This document shows positions 12,901 through 42,500 of a stretch of DNA of 64,000 nt, piece by piece (position 1 is the stretch's first letter; every line of letters starts with the position of its first letter). The stretch lies in contig NC_134025.1 of assembly GCF_964204645.1 (NCBI RefSeq), positions 9,362,001 to 9,426,000 of the forward strand. The letters are read 5' to 3'. A model generated the notes under the pieces. It did not search any database. It saw nothing but the letters and a program-made list of their open reading frames with translations, and was not told where the DNA came from. Origin of the DNA: Tubulanus polymorphus. Lineage: Eukaryota > Animalia > Nemertea. Position numbers and translations under genes: made by a program.

Positions 12901-15900
12901 TGAAGTAATGCATGTCTCCATCACTACTACAAATGAACTACAACCTGAAAATATAAATGATTGAAAAATAGACCCATTTACAATCTAATTGTATTTAATC
13001 TTGAAAATTTATTGTGCTGACATAAGACTTACCTTCCATTAGAGGACCGAGGGCTGTTGTAAATCCATCATCACAACATCCAAATGCAGTATTGAAGCAC
13101 TCAGGTTCAGTTATGATCTCTGGCAAACATCCTTCTTGTTCTAACCCAAGAGCTACATCAATGCCATTTGGACAGCAGCCGAACAGTGATTTAGAACAGT
13201 CAATTACTGGCATCAGACTGGTGGTATTGCTAGTGGGTATTGGAGTTGTAACGGCATCAGTGACTATCATAGAAGTAAGATTGTCTGCTCCCATAACTGA
13301 CAAATTAGTAGTAGCAGTCAAATGGATATCAGTTTGATTCAAGGCTGAATCTTCATCAAAGGGCCAAATAGTACTGTTTGTTTGTGCTTCCCACGATGAA
13401 GTCTTATTAACTTTTAGCGTATGTGTAAAATTAACTAGCGCAGTTGATTCAATAGTAGTAGTAGTAGTAGTGGTAGTAGTAGTAGTAGTAGTAGTAGTAG
13501 TATTGAATTGACTGGAGGTAGAATTTGGTTGACCAATACTGAAATCATTTGTACCATTGTCTGGATCGAAAATAGTTGTTGGTACAATGTTTATAGATAC
13601 ATTCTTCTGAATTTCTGTAGTATTCGCATCACTAACATTAGCAAATATTGAATCCACATTTAGTCTTCTGTTACAGTCAGTTTTATTATCTAATGAACAA
13701 TTTACTTCTCCTAAACCAAAATTTATATCGAAACCTTCACTGGATGATGTGGGGTTTAGGCTTGTTTCATAATGTTGAGAGATATCGCTGACATTTGTCA
13801 TTTGAGATGTTTGCTTGGCAGTTGTAACTGGAATACTTTCATTCTGAAAACCTCGGGTTGAATCAGTGAATGTTTCATTTCCAAAACTTAAGAGTGAGGT
13901 GTTCATAGCTGGCAAAATACTTTCAGAGACATTGTATAGACTCGATGCGTTCACATCGATAAAAGGTGCGGTCAAATTAAATTCCAACTTAGTCGAATTT
14001 TCTCCAAAAGGATCAGATTTGAGAGTAACATTTTCATTTGTTGTTGAATTCTTCAACACCTCATCATTTGTTGCATTCCGAGCCACATTTTCATCAAAGA
14101 CAGTCAAATTTGGACATCCAAAATGTAACGGCCCCAGAGCTGTTGTATTACCATCCAAACAGCAGCCATACTTAGTGTTGTTACAATCAACTATGAATAT
14201 TTTTGGAGTAATGGTTGTCTTAATTGCTGCAGTTTGGTTCAAGATATCACTAAAATTGACAGCTTGGTAAATCTCGCCAGTAACATTATATACTTCAAAC
14301 GTGCCATTTCCAGTTTCAACATTTCGACTTCCATTGCTATCTACAAGTATAGTTCTATTTTCATAATGTTCTGTACATCCATGTCTGTTTGGACCACTCG
14401 CCCAAGTAACTCCATCATGGCAACAACCGTAAATCGAATCCGTGCAATTCATTAATTCGGCAGTACTATCACAACCTTCCATGTTAATGCCTGAAGCGAG
14501 TGTAAACCCATCCAAACAGCATCCAAATTTGCTATCTTCACAAGACATTAGACCAGATGCCTCTTCACCTTCATCAACCTCAATTATGATCTCACCATCA
14601 CATCCGGTGCCATTTGGTCCTGAAATAAGCAGAATTTCCCATACATTTCTTTATTCAATGCTTCTAAGACCCTAAGATTTCCAAATAATTTACCTTTAGC
14701 TTCTGTAAAGCCATCAGGACAACAACCATATTCAGAACTCATACATATAGCATCACTTTCATCAATTGCTTCATTCTGATTATCAATATGAAAACAAGCA
14801 TCGTTTAGTTGAGTTGCAGGGGTCGTACCATCTGCACAGCAACCATAGTCTGTATACTGGCAGGGCACTAAGTCTGGGCATCCATGACCATTTAAACCTG
14901 AAGGAGTTTGTCCATCTGAACAGCAACCATATTCAGTGTCCTGATACAAGATACAGAAATACATTTCAATACTGTTTACACCTTGGTTTTTGAAGATTTT
15001 CAAAGTACTTTCAAGAAAATATCACTTACATTACAGGAATAAGCTGGGCAATTTTGATTAAATGGCCCTTGTGCAAACGTTTTTTCATCCAAGCAGCATC
15101 CGTACTCGGATGTGTGGCAAGATGTTTGCAGCTTAGTTTTAATGTCAGGGCAGCCGTAGAAGTCATCTCCGAGAGCAGCTGTTTTCCCATCTAGACAACA
15201 ACCATGTAGACTATTCATGCATCCTCCAATCATGATCAGATCATCTGAACATTAAAAACAGCATACATTACTAGTCATTATCTAATTGACATTAGCTCAT
15301 GACATTGGGTGCTCTTGATTCTAACATTCTAAATATGAAAATAAATCTAAAAGATATTTGTCAAATACATTACCTTCATCACAAGCCTGTTCATTGCATG
15401 AATGTTTTGAGTACATACGACGGTGAAATTTACATCTACTTCGATGCACAACTTTCGTTTCATGAATACACATAATAGTTCGTGATTGATGGCCTCCTCC
15501 ACACGATGCTGAACACTAGAATTTAAAACAGATTCCAGAAATCACTAGATCGGAAACTAATCAAAAGGATATGTTCAAGAGTTTAGGAATAGATACCTTG
15601 TTCCATGGACCAGCATACCAGCCTGGATCACATGCTGGATTGTCACATTTTTGTTCAATGTTCAATTTTTTGTCTGCTGAACAAGCGCTGTTAGGAAGCC
15701 GTATAAATTTCTGACCTTCGATTGATATGCAGACAACATTTCTTAGCTGTACTCCACTACCACATGTAACTGAGCACTAAAACATAGCAGATACAAGAAT
15801 TAGTTGAATAAATGTTATTAAAAGTGGGAATATGTGTACATAGAAATACTTACCGGGCTCCATTCTGAGGCATACCAAACACCTTTACATTTGCCACTTT

Positions 15901-18523
15901 CTGGGTTCGTACAGGGACGTGATGTTTCGGGTTTCTGTTGTTTCACGCAACGACTGTCTGGTTGTTGAGATCCTGTTTTACTTATACATATCACTTCTCT
16001 CGACTGGACAGCTGAACCACAAGTTCCATAACACTTGCAAAGAAATAATGGTCAATTATCATATGTTATATCTTCATTCAATGACCATGATCGGAATTTG
16101 TAAATATACGTACATCTGACCACTCAGTAGCAGCCCATTCAACTCCTTCACATGGCCGCGCTTCACATTTTCTAACCATTTCTGGTTTTATGCTCATATC
16201 ACAGCTATCGTTTGAAAGTATTCTTAGCGTTGAATTATTGATTACTGGATTGCGACAGACAACAACTCTTGATTGAATACCACTCCCACAAGCAGTATTA
16301 CACTAGAATGAAAAATGTTGCGACAATAACATATGTTTTTGTCATTTATGCACACATGTTTAGTGGTACATTAGTGGGTACATACCCTTGACCATGGTCC
16401 AACATCCCACGCAGGACATAAGACGTTGACGTTGCATTTTTGTTGAAAAATTGGACGTGTTCCCTCAGTCTGTAGACAAATCTGATCTTGAACTGCCATC
16501 GCAATGCCAGCACGAACTTGCTCACAGAATATCTTTCGAAACTGATAGCCGCCATTACATGATTCCGAGCATTCTCCCCATGGACTTAAATTCCACCTAT
16601 GCAAAACATAAAGATGCGCAATCCGGACTCCAAATTCTAAACATAATATAAACTAATTTGCTTACCTAGCAGGACACGGCTGTAAATTACATGTAGAGGT
16701 ATTTTTTGGGATGAGAAGCGGATTACACAAATGAGATTCAACTTTCACTCCGAGACTCGACCTACAATGAACTGAGCGCTTCACTACACCTAAAAAGATC
16801 GATGAAAATTTCTAAGGGTCAATTTTTCTTCTAGAGATCTTAATGCAAAAGATTTATGAAATTTAGAATTCTTACCCTCGCCGCATGAGACACTACATTC
16901 AGACCATGGTTCAGCAAGCCAGGTGAAGTTTGTCGTGATATCAGTGTTTTCAGAAACCGGAACGGAATATTCATACTTTATCTCAGCTCCATTACCCTGA
17001 TAAAGCAACTGCAAGAAAAAAAGTGAATTATTTCATTCTCTTTCATCTCTTGCGAGAAATTCTAATGGGTATATCATTTTTAGATTTTCTTACCATAATG
17101 TAAAGAGCTTCCTGAAGTGGACCTTTAGCCGTCAATGTTTGAGAAGACTCAACATTTCGTCGGTACTTAAACCAACTTCCAGCAATTTCTCTGTTGTCCT
17201 CTTGGTCAATTCTCCAGTTACCATTCAAAAAGTAGTGCCCCAAACTATTTCGAATCGCTTTGAAATCATAAACATGCATTAGTTAGTGATCTATGAAAAT
17301 TCGTCCAAGGTACAATCTTATGATATGTAGGCCTACCGAGATAATTTCCAGTAGTGCCAGTATCTTTTTCTTCGATGTAAATTGATGCTGCACCTTTCGG
17401 AAGTAACAGAACATCATTGTAACCTAAAATGATGATGAATCCAGAAAACATAATTTCTAGTTATTGAAATTTCATTTCATTTGAACCGATAACAAGAAAA
17501 TTCTTTCCTACCAATCTTAAAGTTGCTTTTAATAGTTTCAGCTACTGTCCTACAAGTATCGTTTCCTTTTGCGCACTGACCACATTTGTTCTCCTTTACA
17601 ACAGAACCTAACATCCGATCACACCCAACAGCCTATGATATTCCAAATTGTGATGATTTAGGGATTCGTTTTAAGGAAAACAATTTGCTTTCACTTTAAA
17701 CACTACTCACTTTGCAGGCACCTTCCACACACACATCGTGACTATCGGGAGAACACTGCGTTCCATCGATAACTCTGTCCGCCAAGCGAGAATAGAAATT
17801 CTCTTCTTTTGAGAAGCAGTACAAGGCGCATTGATCTTCAACTGCAAGGTGACAAATCGAAAATCACTGATTTCATTCTGATCTGATATAGTTTATATAA
17901 AACAGAGCTAAAGATGTGACTTACCACCATAATATGGGATCCACGTGTAGAATCTTCCGTTAAAAGACACATGATTGTACTGGGTACACTGTAATTCTCT
18001 AAAGCTTAGTGTCCCATCTTGACATGGCTAAAAATAATGATTGGAGTGTATAAGTTAAAGAGAATACAGATTTACTGTATTATGAAACTTCTCTAAAATA
18101 TGATTGACCATCCAGTGTATAACATAGTTCTACCTCAAGATTGCAAGATTTATAAATACGTTTTGGGCCAACACAACCTTGGGCACCCTTTCTGCAATAG
18201 AAAAATTGATACAAAAAATCTTAACATCTGATTTTGCTCTTCTCACAAAAAGCTGTGTCGTATAGAATAAGAAAAATGACTGGAACCTCATTCAGTAAAA
18301 AACTAGTTTCACAAAGGAAAAGTATAACTCACTCAGTTGTATTGCACATTCTTTGTTGAAATTGCACTCCACCACCACAGGACCTTGTACAAGGACTGAT
18401 ATCACTCCACAGTCCCCAGCCATCATCAATATTGGCAAATATCGTTAAAAAGTTTGGGCACCAAATAACTAGATGTACGATCGTTATTATCATAAAACTG
18501 CTAAATTTCACGTGGAGTCCCAT
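6962..18523 (-). CDS. PAPLN: Papilin (ADAMTS-like extracellular matrix protein), about 38 exons
   Basis: Signal peptide then TSP1 ([17 protein letters not shown], 18333-18523), ADAMTS Cys-rich/spacer (17000-18200), further TSP1 repeats (15370-16930), GCCxDG repeats (12640-15240), 11 Kunitz domains (9473-12570), antistasin-like (9181-9369), WAP (8838-8983), three Ig domains (7421-8545) and C-terminal PLAC ([33 protein letters not shown], stop at 6962). Confidence 0.95.
13033..14619 (-). CDS. PAPLN: Large papilin exon: GCCxDG repeats flanking a Ser/Thr/Asn-rich mucin-like spacer
   Basis: Covered by the 517-aa ORF; many N-x-S/T sequons; a poly-Thr tract is encoded by an (AGT)n run at ~13453-13502. 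Confidence 0.9.
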
Positions 18524-19457
18524 TATCGTGATGGTAGAATTCCTGTAAATAGTAGGAGAATTGTGTCATTTCATCAATTTATCAATTTCAAATAACGATT
18601 TCATGACATACAATCAAATGTTTTTCTGATCATTTCCTCTCTATCATACCACGATCGGTAAAATATACCCTAACAAATAAAGCATTTGAAAAAAATTCAT
18701 ATACCGAGTACTCATTAACTAGAATGATGAAAACTAAAACAGTAATCCCACTACTTAAAAGAATCCCAAAATAGTTGACACTATTACAAGAAGTACATTC
18801 CTTTGGTTTATAAAAATAATTTGGTCTCCATGTCTTCCGGTTGTGGTTAATTTGGTAAACCACCTCGCGAAACAAAACTACAAATCCACAAATGAGTATT
18901 TTTGCTCCCTAGAATTGAGCAGACAACGGAATGACAGTTTTCCGAGAAAATCATTCCCATTTTCACCGATTGCCGAGAATTGAAAATCACTGAAACTTAA
19001 AAGACGCCAAAATTTCATGTCATAGAAAATAACAAACTCAGATCTCATATTTTTTCAGTATTTGGGGTAAGCAGCTGGCCTTAAATCCTGTTTTCAATCA
19101 CAACACATAGTGGTGTGTGTAACTGAGGAAGCAGAATGATTTTTATGTTTTTATTACTAGACTTGATAACAGAGATAAACAATATTATTCTAACTCCAAC
19201 GTTAATGTACAAATGTTTATGCAGTAAGTACTTGCACTAGAAAACATCAGAATAATATAAATATGAAAGTTGATATCTTAGACTTTGCCTGAATAGCTGG
19301 TGTCCTACTAAAAATGTCTAATTTCTGTTGGCCCTGAATCTTCAATATTTTGTAGAATGTGTGGATTCAATAGCAAGAACTGCACTTTTATTAACAAATT
19401 GTCTTTCAATGATACAGAACCAAGTATGACTCAAAATTCACCAAAAGTCAAATCTAT

Positions 19458-19739
19458 CAGGGTGGCCATTTCTATTTGACTTGGTTCCCTGACTTATCTC
19501 CTATTCTGATATGTTCATCATTTTCCCTGACTTAACCTGGTAAAGAATCCAATCAATTAATTAACATAGTCAAATATGTAAAACTTTCTGTGAAACAGTT
19601 TGATTTTACGCGTGATCTAGCAATTTCAACAAATTTCCCTGACTTTTCTCTAGATTTAAGCTTTTCTTTTTTTTACAAAATTCCCTGACTTTTTTAAAGA
19701 AAAGAAAATTCTCTGTTTTTCAGGTAAGTGGGCACCTTG
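19458..19739. mobile_element. Non-autonomous hAT-like MITE
   Basis: Termini CAGGGTGGCC / GGGCACCTTG; four internal TTCCCTGACT repeats; flanks TCTAT/TTTAT may be a degenerate 5-bp TSD. Confidence 0.55.
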
Positions 19740-21511
19740 TTTATGTAAAACTGGGTCATGTTGATGCATTACATAAAAGAAAATTGACACAAAGAAACCT
19801 CTCAAATAGTTGTTACGAAGGTATCATCCTAAAAAAAGAATTTCAAAATAGGGTACTAGTCCGAATCAAGTTTAGTAAAGCCATTCTAAAGAATAAATGG
19901 AGATTGGAAAATGTAACTGTGTCATGCTCCATTTAGCATGTTTTTCACAAAAGCAATTTAAAGATCTTTAAAAACTCAATTCACATACCTTGACAAAAGC
20001 ATTCACAAATGAACTACGCTATTCCCTTTGATACTACACAATACCTATGATGACCTATGGCTTTGTGTAAAATTATGATTCATAACTTCAAGGTTCTATG
20101 ACCCTCCTACACACTCTGTCCAGTTTATCTTAGGTCTGATATCACATACCACAAAATCTTTCCTTTTACAATGCACTCAGATTTCGAAATAGCACAGGTG
20201 TCTGGCAGAGAAAAAGGAAGTGGAGAAGGACTATCCATAAATCTTAGCAAACACTTATCAAATCTGATAAGCTTAGATATATTTCATCCTACAAGTTTGC
20301 ATTTTGGATAAAGGGTTTTGTTAGGGTTTGTTAGGATACAAATCAAACTGTATTACCATTGACTCTCAAAGTGCTTATCAAGTTTTTCCAAGAATTCCAG
20401 ATGTAACATTGCTAGTGGCATAGAGATTGTGTCAGTAGAACACAAAGAAATAGGACTATCAGTGTCTCTTTTTGAACTAAAAACATTTGGAATTTCAAGA
20501 AAGAAATCACTTCCATCTTTCAAACCTTGAAAAGAACTGTTTTTGGTTAATAAACTAACTTATAGAAAAAAGAAAATTCCAGTATGGAAACAGTTGGCCC
20601 CACATTCTTTTTTAATCATTTCATCTACGTATTCAGTTTGAAAATCAAAGTTCACTCTAATTACAAAAAAGTACTTGCTTGGTAATTGAAACATACATCA
20701 CTTGGTGAGACATTTATCTGAATATAAGAAAAGAGTGAACAAAATTAGTACTTACACCAGAGGATCTGTTTTCATGCCATGCCTCCTGTCCTACTGCAAA
20801 CTAGTGTACACCACACACACACACATGCCAAAAACTAGCCATGTGCTTACATCTATTTACAGATTGCAGCACTGTATGGTATACTTATTCCTTGCCGCAT
20901 GCTCTGGTAGACTTAACTACAAAGAATCTCTAATACTAGTCAGAATGACTATTTCCTCATGATTTTCCCCGCATAATTTTGTTTAGTCCAATCCTCAAAA
21001 TCCTGTTGATTTTCATTTTCAGTACAACAATCCACAAAACTTCACAATTAAAGGGATTACACAGAAAATCTGAATTCGATGTGTAATTTCTTACTATAAA
21101 AATGTCAATAAGAACTGAAACTAACAACCATTCACAATATGTAATCATACCATTTATTTACAATATATATTATATCATTTTTCTAATAACTTAAGCATTT
21201 CAATGATAACAAGCAAAGAATGTAATTAATTAAATCATCTGGTTGACTAGATTTGAATATAAATCAATTAGAAATTACATGGGTCGATTACAGGTATGTA
21301 ACTTCTAGGGCCGACAGAACACAGTACATTGTACGAGTAGAGTTTTCGTTCAGTATGATGAATAATGAACAATATTGAGAATTTCAACATTTCAAGGATC
21401 ACTGCTTCATTAGTCTTTCAGTAAAATTTATAAAACAATAATGATTTAGCAGTAAAGCAGTAAATTAACGAAGCACATGTACAGTAGATATCAGAATCTT
21501 CTTTGTGATGT

Positions 21512-38301
<16,790 letters not shown>

Positions 38302-38358
38302 CTTGTCAATTTATGAATTCCCAAAAATGGGTAACCTAAAAGAAGAAATAGACAACTA

Positions 38359-38855
38359 ATGTCTATTTCAACCTGACTTGAGAGCATTCCGGGTGGCCTA
38401 GCTCGCTAATTTTTGGTAGTACATACCTGACAAAGGTCTTAATAGGACCAGAAAGGACAGGCAGTCGACCTAAATCATCATTTTTTAATCCATTCGAAAC
38501 TGTATTGAAGGATATCCAAAAAGTCTTCACTGAAAGGGGTTCCTGAGAGAAAAGAGACTCCATGATTTGAAAGTTTAACAATATGTTTCCATGCCTACCA
38601 ACTGAAGTTTGGTACGTAGGCATGGAAACATATTGTTAAACTTTCAAATCATGGAGTCACTTCTCTTCATTTAACCCCTTTCAGTGAAGACTTTTTGGAT
38701 ATCTTTCAATACAGTTTCTAATGGATTAAAAAGTGATGTTTTAGGTCGACTGTCGGTCCTTTCTGGTACCATTAAGACCTTTATCAGGTATATACTACCA
38801 AAAATGAGTGAGCTAGGCCACCCGGAATGCTCTCAAGTCAGGTTGAAATAGACAT
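38359..38855. mobile_element. Foldback/MITE hairpin with ~240-bp arms, ~17-bp loop and TA on both sides
   Basis: ATGTCTATTTCAACCTGACTTGAGAGCATTCCGGGTGGCCTAGC...TTTCCATGCCTA is mirrored by TAGGCATGGAAA...GCTAGGCCACCCGGAATGCTCTCAAGTCAGGTTGAAATAGACAT. Confidence 0.9.
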
Positions 38856-39274
38856 TAGTCAGTAGCCTAACCTGTCTGTGGTTTAGGCCTAGTTTAACGA
38901 TTGCATATTTTCACAAACATGGGCGTCCCTAGGGGGGTTCGTTACTTTGAACGAACCCCCTTTTATGAATTTTCAAACATCGACGAATGTCGGCACATGG
39001 TCTGCATTTGCTGAATTAGCAAAATCGATACATGCAAAGTAAACGGGAACCAGTCTACCCATCGGCCTCAGATTGCACCAGAACGCGCCTGCTTGCACGA
39101 AATCTTCAAACATTTTCTGGCGGATTTTCCCCCAGAACCTCTTCTATTCCTAAAAACGAACTCCCAAAAAAAAATCCTAGGGACGCCTATGACAAACAGT
39201 TGTTGTTGGTGGTGTAAAAGGCCATCCAATTGTATTTTTGATAAAAAAGCTTCCAACCAACGATAGACTAACTA
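38856..39274 (+). mobile_element. Copy of the ~115-bp TAG...CTA MITE, interrupted by a nested MITE
   Basis: Left part TAGTCAGT..CTGTCTGTGGTTTAG..ATATTTTCACAAA; right part GTAAAAGGCCATCC..AAAAGCTT..CCAACGATAGACTAACTA. Both match the intact copy at 43740-43855. Confidence 0.7.
38918..39191. mobile_element. Nested MITE with 16-bp TIRs and a 5-bp TSD
   Basis: ACAAA-CATGGGCGTCCCTAGG...CCTAGGGACGCCTATG-ACAAA; internal hairpin GGGGGTTCGTT..AACGAACCCCC. Confidence 0.8.
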
Positions 39275-39550
39275 AAGTAGGCCATAAAGTGTGAATTAAG
39301 ATTATATTGCCGTTGGCAGAGAATAGACATGTGGATGAACTATTAAGACATAACGTTACCAACAAAATAAATTAGTAAATCTTAGACATTTTATACATTT
39401 TTGACCATTTTGATAGATCCCATAAAAAAGTCAATTCAAATACGCTACTTTATTTGTGGATGCGCTGAACTTGATTTTCTCGGAGCCAACCCATAAGGAT
39501 GAAAAATAGACTGGTTCAGCAAACTGCGCCTCTGGGTTTATGGTTTTTCC

Positions 39551-42500
39551 ATTTAGGTCTGTCTGCAGAGTTTCCAGAACCTGTCATGTCAGGGCCCAAG
39601 ACCTGACATGACAGGTGGGACCTCAGGTGACAGGTCGATTTGCTAAAATGAAAATCGTTATGACTGAACCGATGATAGGCGATTAGAAGATATGATAGGC
39701 GCGGATTTAAAACAAATGATAGCCGATAAGAAACAAAAAGAACATATCTTAGTGCTTTCTGAATATATTATTCAAAAACAAAAAACAAACTATGATGTGT
39801 TATGAATTCATTTAAGAATTTATGTTTGCCTTGTAAAGATGCAATGATTGTGAATTATTTGAGAACATTGAAAGAAATTTTTACAATTAATTTATTTTTT
39901 TGTAACATGAAACATGAAAATATCAAGATCAGGCAATGATACTAGTAGTGCCTTATGTAATCATAATCAGCATTAATAACAATCATTATACTCACTATGA
40001 TTAGGCCCTATATTATTATATATTATTATTAATTACTCGCAATATAATTAATTCACCAAGTGCACATACAATTTAAAAACATTTCAGTCCAAGCTTATAA
40101 GTTGACATAGATAAATTAGACATAACACTGATTAATTAGTGAGACCTCACACGGCAACGCGCGCCATTTTGCAGAGCTTCTCGAGACCTGTGGTGACAGG
40201 TCTGCATTAAAACTGATGAAATGAAGGAAAACATTAATTTTTATAGTCTCTTTATAGTAAAGAGTATAATATAAATTGCTAACCATGGATAGAATTAATC
40301 TAAAGTTACTATAAAACAATAATTATGAAGCGAGACCTGACACGGCAGCTCGCGCCATTTTGCAGAGCTTCTCGGGACCTGTGGTGACAGGTCTGCACTA
40401 AAACTGATGAAATTGAAAAAACTTTACTTTTTATAACCTTTATATAGTAAAGAGTATAATATAAATTGCTAACCATGGATAGAGTTAATCTTAAGTTACT
40501 ATAAAACAATAATTATGAAGCGAGACCTCACACGGCAGCTCGCGCCATTTTGCAGAGCTTCTCGGGACCTGTGGTGACAGGTCTGCTTGAAAACTGATGA
40601 AATGGAAAAAACTTTACTTTTTATGGTCTCTTTATAGTAAAGAGTATAATATAAATTGCTAACCATGGATAGAATTAATCTTAAGATACTATAAAACAAT
40701 AATTATGAAGCGAGACCTGACACGGCAGCTCGCGCCATTTTGCAGAGCTTCTCGAGACCTGTGGTGACAGGTCTGCATTAAAACTGATGAAATGAAGGAA
40801 AACATTAATTTTTATAGTCTCTTTATAGTAAAGAGTATAATATAAATTGCTGACCATGGATAGAATTAATCTAAAGTTACTATAAAACAATAATTATGAA
40901 GCGAGACCTGACACGGCAGCTCGCGCCATTTTGCAGAGCTTCTCGGGACCTGTGGTGACAGGTCTGCACTAAAACTGATGAAATTGAAAAAACTTTACTT
41001 TTTATAACCTTTATATAGTAAAGAGTATAATATAAATTGCTAACCATAGATAGAGTTAATCTTAAGTTACTATAAAACAATAATTATGAAGCGAGACCTC
41101 ACACGGAAGCTCGCGCCATTTTGCAGAGCTTCTCGAGACCTGTGGTGACAGGTCTGCATTAAAACTGATGAAATGGAAAAAACTTTACTTTTTATAACCT
41201 TTATATAGTAAAGAGTATAATATAAATTGCTAACCATAGATAGAGTTAATCTTAAGTTACTATAAAACAATAATTTTGAAGCGAGACCTCACACGGAAGC
41301 TCGCGCCATTTTGCAGAGCTTCTCGAGACCTGTGGTGACAGGTCTGCATTAAAACTGATGAAATGGAAAAAACTTTACTTTTTATAACCTTTATATAGTA
41401 AAGAGTATAATATAAATTGCTAACCATAGATAGAGTTAATCTTAAGTTACTATAAAACAATAATTTTGAAGCGAGACCTCACACGGAAGCTCGCGCCATT
41501 TTGCAGAGCTTCTCGGGACCTGTGGTGACAGGTCTGCTTGAAAACTGATGAAATGGAAAAAACTTTACTTTTTATGGTATCTTTATAGTAATGAATATAA
41601 TATAGATTGCTAACCATGGATATAGTTAATCTTAAGTTACTATAAAACAAAAATTATGAAGCGAGACCTGACACGGCAGCTCGCGCCATTTTGCAGAGCT
41701 TCTCGGGACCTGTGGTGACAGGTCTGCATTAAAACTGATGAAATGGAAAAAACTTTACTTTTTATAACCTTTATATAGTAAAGAGTATAAGGCTTAATAT
41801 AAATTGCTAACCATAGATAGAGTTAATCTTAAGTTACTATAAAACAATAATTATGAAGCGAGACCTCACACGGAAGCTCGCGCCATTTTGCAGAGCTTCT
41901 CGAGACCTGTGGTGACAGGTCTGCATTAAAACTGATGAAATGAAGGAAAACATTAATTTTTATAGTCTCTTTATAGTAAAGAGTATAATATAAATTGCTA
42001 ACCATGGATAGAATTAATCTAAAGTTACTATAAAACAATAATTATGAAGCGAGACCTGACACGGCAGCTCGCGCCATTTTGCAGAGCTTCTCGGGACCTG
42101 TGGTGACAGGTCTGCACTAAAACTGATGAAATTGAAAAAACTTTACTTTTTATAACCTTTATATAGTAAAGAGTATAATATAAATTGCTAACCATAGATA
42201 GAGTTAATCTTAAGTTACTATAAAACAATAATTTTGAAGCGAGACCTCACACGGAAGCTCGCGCCATTTTGCAGAGCTTCTCGAGACCTGTGGTGACAGG
42301 TCTGCATTAAAACTGATGAAATGGAAAAAACTTTACTTTTTATGGTCTCTTTATAGTAAAGAGTATAATATAAATTGCTAACCATGGATAGAATTAATCT
42401 TAAGATACTATGAAACAATAATTATGAAGCGAGACCTGACACGGCAGCTCGCGCCATTTTGCAGAGCTTCTCGAGACCTGTGGTGACAGGTCTGCACTAA

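Noticed and set aside
40400-40440. Hammerhead ribozyme in the satellite (CTGATGA..GAAA in most units)
   Set aside because: Only 4 nt (AATG/AATT) separate the boxes, so stem II cannot form, and I could not build stems I and III around a valid NUH. An Infernal/RNAMotif search would settle it.
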